Positions 12,490 through 22,625 of a stretch of DNA of 64,000 bases are shown here, one piece after another. Source of the DNA: Squalus acanthias (lineage: Eukaryota). The stretch is from positions 71,240,001 to 71,304,000 of the forward strand of contig CM059432.1 of the NCBI GenBank assembly GCA_030390025.1, read 5' to 3'. Position 1 is the first letter of the stretch, and the number at the start of each line of letters is the position of its first letter. The translations under genes were made by a program, and so were the position numbers. The notes under the pieces were generated by a model that worked only from the letters and a program-made list of their open reading frames with translations, did no database searches and was not told the DNA's origin.

Positions 12490-12800
12490 GTAGTAGGAAA
12501 AGGTGACACCAAACTTTGGTTTTAATAACCTGGAGCTTGTAGAAGGAAGGGAAAACTAAGGAAGATAAGGAGGTCTGGCGTTTTGAGGCTCTGGGAAAGA
12601 ATGATTTAGGAGACTTTACAATGTGTCTTGATTTCAACACAATGGAGATATAGCGAGGAAGAAGAGCTAGTCGGACACTATATTTGGAATGTAGAAGGAA
12701 CAAGAGACGAAAGTTCAGAGGAGCACTGATCATAATAATATCTAACAAAATAAGAACAACAAAGGTTAAGAGAGGTTAGAAGCTAGAGGTGAGAGAAGAA
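12490..12800 (-). mobile_element. Ancient LINE 3' remnant
   Basis: SFFPRAS...SL..VFPSFYKLQVIKTKV..HL resembles LINE ORF2 C-terminal SFFPR..LWNSLP..FK motifs. Confidence 0.5.
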
Positions 12801-13194
12801 TCAGCTATTAAACGTTAGGGCCACTTGCATGCTCACAATGGTAACAGTGCTTGCAGAGAGCTCATTGTGGGAAATCACTGGTGCACAGCCTGTGATTTGT
12901 TTTGTCCATTCATTTCAATGGACTGTATCCGTGAGTTCCCATGATTCACCCTCTGTGAGCAGTGCTCCCCACTAAGAGCACAGGAGTGCGGCATCACCCC
13001 TGATAAACTGTTATTGCTGATATACTAGCTAATCTGTGGCAGAAAGCCATGAACAGGGGCCAGATTTCAAAAAAAATCTCCTGGTTCAATCTCAGTGATT
13101 TAGTAGAATGCACCACATGGTTGCATTTGGAGGAATCCCAGAAGCTTAATCATGTTCACAGCTAGGAGTGCTAAATGGAGATACAGGAGATAAT

Positions 13195-13373
13195 GGGGGT
13201 GAAATTGGTCGACAGCAGGAGTAGTGCAAAACAGGCTGATAGCGAATCGGCAGCCCCTTTACACCATACCCGATTTGAAGCCAATGTAAAAGAATATTGG
13301 GCACGGTGTAAAATGGGTTACCGATTCGCTGTAAGCTAATTTTGTGCTACTGGCATTGACTAATTTCACCCCT
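13195..13373. mobile_element. Palindromic Harbinger-type MITE (179 bp)
   Basis: TIR GGGGGTGAAATT / AATTTCACCCCT; TSD AAT; arms complementary over most of the length; partial relatives at ~17511-17615 and ~27650-27721. Confidence 0.8.
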
Positions 13374-13790
13374 AATGCGTTAGGCCGGTTTCGATTTGTG
13401 CTTGGTGATGTTTTTGATGTCACTCAGCACTTTTTTGCCAATGAATCTAGCTTCTACATCACTAGAGGATTATCAGGAGCTACACTCATCTGGTAATACT
13501 CTAAGATTCCAGTCACAGTGCTGAGAAAGGCCTCCAAGCTAGAGGCATGACTCGGGCATCAATAGCTCTCGCAGCTCATTGTCAATGGAATCATTCTGTC
13601 CTTCAATTCCCTTCAAGCTGAATTGTAGCTCAGATAGAATAGCATTTCATGGTAACTGAAAATGAAACACTTCTTTTCAGATCAAACCAACTTTGTCAGA
13701 ATTGTTTGGCCACCCACAAATCCTGGAAACCTTCCTCTTATTCTAAAAGACACATCCAAGGTAACTTGACAAGGCTATAGCTTTTTTCCA

Positions 13791-13954
13791 TTAGGCTTCA
13801 GTTATGTAGATGGGCCTGATTGTGATGTGTATTCAGGTTGAGGTTTTTCTCTAAACATAGGGCCCACAAACCCTCAGGCCTACTTCCGATGTAAGAACTG
13901 GGATGTGCCAGCCTGTGACTTCCAGTGCTGATCCTGCCAGTTTGTGGGGTCTGG
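13791..13954 (+). repeat. 164-bp inverted repeat, left copy
   Basis: Reverse complement of 17190-17353 with 6 mismatches by manual alignment. Confidence 0.95.
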
Positions 13955-14409
13955 TGCAACAAAAATTAGCTGAGAGAAAGATCTTGAATATTTTTTTCTG
14001 ATGAATTTAAGAAGCAGCCTATTGTTTGGCAAAATGGAATTTAACCCATGTTGAATTTTAGAACTTGTATTTCTATACCGCTAGAATCAGCATGTAATGG
14101 GTTAAAACAATATCATCTAGCATATTTTTCAAAGGAAACACATCAGTTCTGTTCCAAACATGCTGGCTGTAGTGTTCTTCATATATGCAAATTCATAAAC
14201 TGGGAACAATAGAAAGCTGCAGGTGTCAATTTTGTCACAGAATTGTCACCGTCATTGACAAGCATCTTTGGCCATTAATAGAGAACACCTTCATTTAATA
14301 TCAATGAGTGACTATTTAGTTAAATTAAATCATGAGAGGTGTATTGGCTGCTGTCTTTGTTTCAAAATCTGCAGGGGTTGTTCACAAGTCTCCAGTACTG
14401 TACATGGTA

Positions 14410-15789
14410 CATGGCCTTCTTTGGCCTTCTTTGATCTCACAAAGGCCTTCGACACTGTCAACCGTGAGAGATTATGGAGTGTCCTCCTCAAATTCGGCTG
14501 CCCTCAAAAGTTTGTCACCATCCTCCGCCTGCTTCACGACGACATGCAAGCCGTGATCCTGACCAATGGTTCCACCACAGACCCAATTCACGTACGAACC
14601 GGGGTCAAGCAAGGCTGTGTCATCGCACCAACGCTCTTCTCGCTCTTCCTTGCTGCAATGCTCCATCTCACCCTCAGTAAGCTCCCCGTTGGAGTGGAGC
14701 TAATTTACAGAACAAACGGGAAACTGTTCAACCTCCGTCGCCTCCAGTCCAGATCCAAGGTCGTCCCATCCTCTGTCGTCGAATTACAGTATGCAGACGA
14801 CGCTTGCGTCTGCGCTCACTCGGAGGTCGAACTCCAAACCATCGTCAACACCTTCACCAAAGCGTACGGGAGCATGGGCCTTACACTAAACATCCATAAG
14901 ACAAAGGTCCTCTAACAACCTGCCCCCGCCACACAGTACTGCCCCCCGATTATCAAAATCCATGACAAGGCCTTGGACAATGTGGACCACTTTCCATACC
15001 TCGGGAGCCTACTGTCAACAAGGGCAGACGTCGACGATGAAGTCCAACACTGCCTTCAGTGTGCCAGTGCAGCCTTCGGTCACCTGAGGAAGAGAGTGTT
15101 TGAAGACCAGGACCTCAAACCCGGCACTAAGCTCATGGTCTACAGAGCAGCAGTGATACCCGCCCTGCTGTATGCCTCAGAGACATGGACCATGTACAGC
15201 AGGCACCTCAAAACACTGGAGAGGTACCACCAACGCTGCCTCCGCAGATCCTGCAAATCCATTGGCAGGATAGGCGCACCAACGTCAGTGTTCTTGCTCA
15301 GGCCAACGTCCCCAGCATCGAAGCTTTGACCACGCTCGATCAGCTCCGATGGACGGGTCACATCGTCCGCATGCCCGATACGAGACTCCCAAAACAAGCG
15401 CTCTACTCGGAGCTCCGGCACGGCAAGAGAGCCCCAGGTGGGCAGAGGAAACGCTTCAAGGACATCCTCAAAGCTCCCTTGAAAAAGTGCAACATCCCCA
15501 CCGACACCTGGGAATCCCTGGCCCAAGACTGCACAAAGTGGAGGAGAAGCATCCGGGAAGGCGCCGAACACCTCGAGTCTCTTCGCCGGGAGCAAGCGCA
15601 AGCCAAGCGCAAGCAGCGCAAGGAGCGCACATCAACCCAAGCACCCCACCCACCCGCCCCTTCAACCACCGTCTGCCCCACCTGTGACAGAGACTGTAGG
15701 TCCCGCATTGGACTCATCAGTCACCTGCAAACTCATTTTTAATGTGGAAGCAAGTCATCCTCGGTTCCGAGGGACTGCCTAAGAAGAAG
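14410..15789 (+). mobile_element. 5'-truncated RTE-clade LINE
   Basis: AFFDLTKAFDTV, GVKQGCVIAPTLF, LQYADD, C2H2-like end, AAG tail; contains stops and frameshifts. Confidence 0.93.
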
Positions 15790-16089
15790 GAGGTTACAGT
15801 TCAAAGGGTAGGCCTCAAACTGAGGTAGCGTCTATGATTGGCAGCTGTTTCTGACACCAATGGAGAAGAGGGCAAAGCTTTGATTGGCTAGAGCCCACTG
15901 ATTGACAGCTTGGTGGGTAGAGTTTTCATCTAACATACTGAGAGCCCACAGTCGATGAGACAAAGAGCAGTCAGAGAGTTTGAAACTAGCACTTACCAGC
16001 TGTAAGGCTGAGTGTAAGTCACATGCCAACCTGAAAAGTGAAGTCAGGCTACTTTGAGAATATAGTAAGTAAACATAATGGCCCATAAT

Positions 16090-16372
16090 TTGCCCCATTA
16101 TTTCTCCTTTTGCCTTACACTATCATCCCTTTTGTCAGTCAATCTCTCCTGCCTTCCAGCCTATCACAGACCTTCCCTTTGTTCTTTCCTCCCCTCCTCC
16201 CTGTCCCTGCTTAAAAATCTCTCCTCCCTAACTTTTTCCATTTCTGACGAAGGGTTCGATCCGAAACGTTAACTCTGTTTCTCTCTCCTCGATGCTGCCT
16301 GACCTGCTGAGTGTTTCCAGCACTTTCTGTTGTTATTTCAGATTTCCAGCATCCGCAGTATTTTGCTATTAT
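16090..16372 (+). mobile_element. Penelope-like terminal repeat fragment
   Basis: Similar to the reverse complement of 9235-9440. Confidence 0.8.
16240..16274 (+). ncRNA. Minimal type I hammerhead ribozyme motif
   Basis: CUGACGA-A-GGGU(UCG)AUCC-GAAA-CGUU-AACU; stem I has one mismatch. Confidence 0.7.
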
Positions 16373-17189
16373 ACCAACTTTAAAGTGTTGCACAAGAGTA
16401 ACACTTGATTCAGCACTAATAACCACTGACATTTAACCTGCACAAAAGGAACAATCAGTAACTGATTTCCAAGGCTAGAAACATACCCCATTACATGCAT
16501 CAAATATGGTGCTACGCTGCATACCATACTTCCGTACAAATAAGTTGGTTTTGAAAAACTTCGCATACCTGCTCTCGTACACTGGCACCTCCTCCTCAGG
16601 TACGTATCTTTCCCGTATGTGCCTTGCCTTCTGCCAGGTCCCATCAGGCGTTGTGATGCAGGAATATATTTCCCGTCTCATTAGTGAGCATCCATGATTC
16701 CGGAAGTTGCGTTAACGCCGATGATCACCTATGATGAGGGGACATGTTCAATGCAGTGAGAGAAGCATTGGAAACCTGCAGAGAGCAATCCCTATTTCCT
16801 CAGGGCAATGGAGAGGTGCAGGTGTGAACTGAGCATACAAAGTACTTTTCTCCCACATAGCTGGCAGTAACAGCCGGGAGATCAATTATCAATTCCGGGA
16901 GACTCCCGGGAAATCTGGCAGGGAAGACAACCCTAGCTGCAATTTGGGCTGGGACCTGGATATGCCAGGTCTTGGCTTTCCACTGTATTTTCCATGGAGC
17001 CTTGTTTCGGGTCACCTGTGTAAGAAGATGCTGAAGGGGTACTGTGGGTATCTTTCTGGGGCAGCCCTGACAACTACCAGGGCTGGCACACTTGGCCACA
17101 TTCTGCAGCCTCCTTGGGCAGGTGAGCACTCAAGAGGCACCCCTGGTGGCACAGGTAACTGCCTGAATTATTCAGATGAAGTGACTTCT

Positions 17190-17353
17190 CCAGACCCCAC
17201 AAACTGGCAGGATCAGCACTGGAAGTCACAGGCAGGCACATCCCAGTTCTTACATTGGAAGTAGGCCTGAGGGTTTGTGGGCCCTGTGTTTAGAGGAAAA
17301 GCTCAACCTGAATACACATCACAATCAGGCCCATCTACATAAATGAAGCCTAA
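17190..17353 (-). repeat. 164-bp inverted repeat, right copy
   Basis: Pairs with 13791-13954. Confidence 0.95.
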
Positions 17354-17404
17354 AGGTAGCAATAGAGTGCTGGAGAAGTTGCAATGGAGAGGGCACAATG
17401 TTAA

Positions 17405-17890
17405 AGAAAGAACTTGCATTTCAGATCCTTACGACATCCTAAAGTGCTTCATAGTCAATTAGTTACTTTGAAGTGTAGTCACTGTTATTATGTAACCAAA
17501 TATGCATTCAAGGGGTGAAACTTTCACCTTGGGTGGGGGTGGAATGGGCAGTAGCGGATTGGCTACCTGTTATACACACCACCCAGTCTTCTTTTCCATT
17601 GACTTCAATGATTGAATCTATTTTTGGGAGAGCTGGTTGACCGAGGAATATTGACCAGGATATCAGGAAAACCACCTGCTCTTCAAATATTGCTATGGGA
17701 TATTTTACATCCACCTGAACAAACAGGCATGGCCTCAGGTTAATTTCTCATCTATAAGATGGCACCTCCAACAGTGCAGCATTCCCTCAGTATTGAATGG
17801 AATTGTCAGTCTTGATTATGTGCTTGAAGTCTCTACTGACACTTGAATCCACAACTTTCCGACTCAGAGAGGAGAGTATTACCAAATGAG
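17405..17890 (-). mobile_element. Deu-domain SINE (SacSINE1-like) with a MITE fragment inside
   Basis: Reverse complement reads GAGGGAATGCTGCACTGTTGGAGGTGCCATC...ATATTTGAAGAGCAGG...CAGTGACTACACTTCAAA...AAATGCAAG; family recognised from memory. Confidence 0.7.
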
Positions 17891-18479
17891 CTTGCATATC
17901 TTCTAGCCATGTCCAAAATTTTAAAATATATTTAATTTTCCATTTGATTGTTTCTATATGTTTATCTAAAATAATCTATTTATGGACTATTATACATATA
18001 TAACTCACACACCAAACCCGGGTAACCTGAACAGCTTGATTATTTATGGCTCAAATAAAAAAATCTCATGGGAATTCCCATGCAAATTCCCCAGAGACCT
18101 ACCTGTCAGCAACAAGTAACAGCCTCATTTTAAGAACATTTCTGGTATCTGTTCATTGGAGTTAGGACTGGACCTTGTTAAGCTATTTATTGTGTAACCA
18201 AAATCTGGTGTCAGGTCAACTGTAGGACAATTTGGCAATTAAAAGGCTCCTAGAATTGCATCCCAAAGCACAAATCTTAGTGAAAGTTTTCCTGATTACA
18301 AGCATCATCACACAACCTTTATATTATCTATAAGAACTTTAAGACAATAAACTGCCAAATTAGTGACAGTAAATGCATTACACTGAGATTAGAACAAATT
18401 CAGATGGATTTTGCACTTGTTACTCTTAGCAGTATATTCGAAAGAAGCATTGGGTGGAATGTAGAAGTTCCATTGCATT

Positions 18480-19995
18480 TCTGAGAGTGCTGCATTGTCA
18501 GAGGTGCTATCCTTTGGATGAGTCATTGAATCGAGGGCCCATCTGCAAGTATTCCATATACTAGAAGAAGAGTAGAGAGCTCTCCTGGTGTCCTAGTAAA
18601 TTTGTTCCCCTTCAACTAACATCCCCAAAAACAGATTAACTTTGGTCAATCATCTCAAGTTGCTGCTTGTGGGTGAAGGGATATTTACTAGTCCTAGCCT
18701 CTTTAGGGCTACCCTGGATCAGGCGTATTTCTCAGATGTTCACTTTCAACTAATGTTTGAGGTAGCCGAATCCTAAAGACGTTTAATTGGGTCTAAAGGT
18801 CCGGGCTATCTTTCTCTAAAGGAAAGGAACAACCCGAGAATGTTACCGTCCTCCAGATAGCACTTTTAATAAGTTTAGCTAGACTGTAACGTCTCGGATA
18901 TTATGAGGGTCCAGAAAACTCCCTCAGAATTCTGTAACTCTACACCAAAGAGTGTACAGAGATTGAGTTTGCGAGTTTTTGATACAGAAGTCTTATGTGA
19001 GACAATTCTAAAAATATATAGATTTATTAAAGAACCGACATGCAATTTACAGTTGGTGAATCAGTCAATCGCAACTTTAACAGTTCTAAAAAGAGAAAAC
19101 ATACTATCTTTTTAACAGAGAATCTTACTTTTAAATCTTAACTTCGCTACAGTATTACAGTTCTTAAAGGTTTCTTATACAGGATATCCATCAATATCAA
19201 ATACCTTTGATCCCTGAGGTACAAAGAGTGGTAGACTACAGAGCCGCCTCTGAAGCCGAGAAACGCTTTGCCCAATTAAAGTGAGTCCAATATCCCATTT
19301 GAGAGTTCAATATTTATACCCTTTTCCAGTGGTATCTCCTTTAAGGTTTTCTGCTGATGCAAGTTAATTATCCCTAGTCATCTTTCTGCCGACCTCTGCA
19401 ATTCTCCACTGCTACATCAGCTTGCAACATTACAGAATCTTGTCTCATCTCCAGGTGTTCTGAGTTTACCATATAAAAACGGTGTGACGGCAGGTGTTCC
19501 TTTTCTTATGTGCCATCTTTACGAAGTTTAAATTAGAACATCTTATCCAGGGTGAACCATTGTTTTGTTCCCAAAAGGTCAGCTTGTCGGAGCCATTCAC
19601 CTTCTGTTTCAACTATAACCTGGTGTTGTGCGACTTCTCACGTTTGTCCACCCCAGTCCAACACCAGCATCTCCACCTCATGTTTCAATAAGGTTATTTA
19701 TTCAGGGTCAACAACTGTCTTATCTCAATAGCCAGAATGCTTTCATAGCTATTTCATAGTTAGGTTTCTAAATTTCCAAACCCAGTTTGTCATGTTTTAA
19801 TAAGGCCAGAATTCTTTCATAAGATAGTGTATTTTTCTGAATAGGTTATATGGCTTATTCCTTCACTTGGGAACTTGATGTGTAATAACATCACAATGAT
19901 GACTGTACTTCAAAATGTTTAATTGTTTGTGAAGCATTTGGGACAGCCTGAGAAATGCAATTAGGTGTTTTAAATGCAAGTAGTTCCTTTTCTTC
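18480..19995 (+). mobile_element. Deu-domain SINE split by an LTR-like insertion
   Basis: Same motifs as 17405-17890; TTGTGGG|AACTTG junction interrupted at 18674-19865. Confidence 0.7.
18674..19865 (-). mobile_element. Solo LTR-like element (~1.19 kb)
   Basis: TG...CA ends with inverted termini TGAAGGGATA / TATTCCTTCA; minus-strand TATAAA (~19315) and AATAAA (~19025); TSD unclear. Confidence 0.65.
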
Positions 19996-20355
19996 CTTTC
20001 CTTTCCTTCAGGCTAGACATTTTTTTCCTTGCTAAATATTTGGGCGTAGAAATTCGGTACTCCCCGAAAACGGTTGTGGGGATCGCGATGCGATAGCAAC
20101 CTGCGCCCGTTCGGAAGACTGCAGGTAAAATTCGTGCTGCCTGCAAATTAACATGATTGTAACATTCAGCTGAGTGCTGAACGTGCTGCTGAGTGACTGA
20201 ACGCTCAGCAGGGGGCCCAAGGTCATGCGAGGCTAGCTCCAATTCAAGCTAGCCAGCACTTCTTAAAGGCAGGCTGCACCTCATAAAGGGGAGGTGCCAT
20301 CTGCCTGCAACAGGTGATTGAAGTGGCTGGGAGGACATTGGAGAAGAAAGTTCTA

Positions 20356-22152
20356 ATGATGGCACAACAGAGGAGAGAGCGTGCACCTACTTTCTCAGAT
20401 GCAGCACTGGAGGCCTTGGTCCAGAAATTCAACTCCAGGAGAGATGTCCTCTTTCTACAGGGGGCTAGAAGACCCTCAAGGCAACAGACAATACTGCAGT
20501 GGGAGCAGATAGCCAATGTGGTCAATGCCAGCTGTATAGTCGTGGGGACCTGGACTCAGAGCAGGAAGAAGTTTAATGACCTCACACGAGCGTCAAGGTC
20601 AATTAATTCATCTTCAAATCCATATCCCACCATCTGCACCACTAGCCTCATACACTGCTCAATGCACCATACCCCATCACTCACCTACCAACAATCTCTA
20701 CCAAACATGACTCACACCTCACGTTCATAGCTTCACCTCACCCGCGCATACTTACCACTGCTGTAAGCTGCACACCCACATCTCACAGCTTGAACACACT
20801 GTCAGCTGTTCAACCATGACAGGCACATCACCCAAACACATTACACCACACTCATTGACACACTTCCCTTTCTCTTGCAAGAAAAGATGGCGCATAACCG
20901 ACATCAGTAGACCTTAACTGGCAGGGGCAGGCTTGCCAGCATCTCCTCATCTACTTGGAGGAGACGGTGCTGGCCATTCTTGGCAGAGGCAAGGCTGAAT
21001 CCATGGCCAGCAGCGGGGCTGAAAGAATACAAGATGCCGGTATCCTCATACGTTATCCTCCTTCTCACATCCCACTTCCCCCTCATCCCACAATCTCTTC
21101 TGATTTACAATCTGCATGTGGTGTAAGCATGCAGCTCTTGCTTTCCTGCCCCCCTCACCACAACCCTACCTTTGTCAATTCAGACACCCAAGAAATCCAG
21201 CCTTTTCAGCCAGTGTTTGAACAAGAAGAGGGTGAGGAGAGTGAAGAACAAGAAGAAACAACATCACTCGATTTCACACTCCAAGCCACCAGCTCAGATA
21301 CTGACACTCCGTGTACTTTAGAGGATAGGTTAGATGCGGGATCTGCCCGTGGTGAGACACCGGGCATGTGTGGCCTGCTGTCAGGGCAGGGGGATAGGGT
21401 AGCTCTGGTGCCATCTCCCTGGAGGGCGAGGTTGCACACAAGTTTTGCTGCACAGGACTCAGATGAAGACTTTGATGGGACGGCCTACAGAAGAACGCTG
21501 ATGGGCATGCATAATGAAATGCTTGGTGCATTGGCAGGCCTGTCAGAGAGCCTGAATGCAATGTCAAGGAGCATGGAGGAGTCCAGCTCCAGCCTTGCAC
21601 AGGGCTTTGGGCAGAGCTTGGAGCCCATCCTTTCCAGCATGGAAGGGCTGGGCAGATCCATTAACACGCATGTGGAGCCAACCATCATACCGCATCTAAT
21701 GGACGAAGTCTCAGTTTCCATTGCAGCACAAGCAGAAGCTATCCAACATCTGAGTGCTACAATGGAAGCTCAGACTGAAGTCATGCAAACACAGACTGCT
21801 GCCATCATGGCTGAGTTTACCAATGTTGAAAGGGGCTTGCAGGGTGTCACAGCAGTCCAGCAGTCTGTACTCCAGCAGATTACTAGGATTGCTGAGGCAC
21901 TACCCCTGGGGAGTGGCAATGGATCCGTGGAGGACAACCCTGCTGTCCTCTCTCAGGATGACAGCATTCTTCCTCCCACCACTGCCACTCCGCCAGTGCC
22001 CTTGTTGTTGCCTGTCAGCCAGGCAGCCCAGACTGCTGCTGCCCATGTCGAGGTGGTGCAGTCCGAAGCCGGGCCTACTCGGCCCAGAGCTTCTCGAGGT
22101 CGTCCTACAAGGCCATTTGCAGTCTCCCCCACTGAAAGTCAGCAGCCTTCCA
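20356..22152 (+). pseudogene. Harbinger Myb/SANT-like DNA-binding protein, 3 exons (20356-20597, ~20881-21039, 21184-~22152)
   Basis: RERAPTFSDAALEALV...W..IA..VNA....TWTQSRKKFNDL; long open exon 3; frameshift and stop in exons 1-2. Confidence 0.85.
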
Positions 22153-22480
22153 GGTGGATGATTCGATCCTGGATATGACGGCCAGAAAGGGTTGCCTCCT
22201 TCCTTCCGCATCCTCCTCCTCCTCCATCTCTTCCATTTCCTCCTCTTTCACCTCCTCCTCTTCCTCCTCCTCTTCTTCCTCTTCATCCTCCTGCTGCTCT
22301 TGAGCTGGTGCCCGCATCCCTGCGGCAAGGTAATAGAATTGCTCGCGGAAGACCCTAGGTGGGTAGGGCTGTCTGCTCAGAGCCCTTCTCCCCCTCCTCC
22401 TCCTCCCTAATGCGAGCAGCTTGTCCTCTTCTTTGCTGCTTCTGCTCCATCTCCCTGTCGTGCTGCAGGCCAAGGGGGAT
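22152..22480 (-). pseudogene. Harbinger transposase with the catalytic core deleted
   Basis: N-terminal RRALSRQPYPPRVFREQFYYL (cf. RRPYLPRVFREQFSYI in the 51185 ORF) fused directly to the poly-Glu tail. Confidence 0.8.
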
Positions 22481-22625
22481 GACAACTAGATCACACTGGG
22501 AGTAAGTGGTCTGATCAGAGCCCTTGAAGTCAGAAGCATGGCCTTCTCCACTTGTCACCTCACCAACTTTAAATAACTCTAGAAAACCTCAAACAGGTTC
22601 ACAAATTTACACGGAGCCAGTAGAA

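Noticed and set aside
22192..22410. Hydrophobic Leu/Phe-rich membrane peptide ORF
   Set aside because: Antisense reading of the transposase poly-Glu tract.
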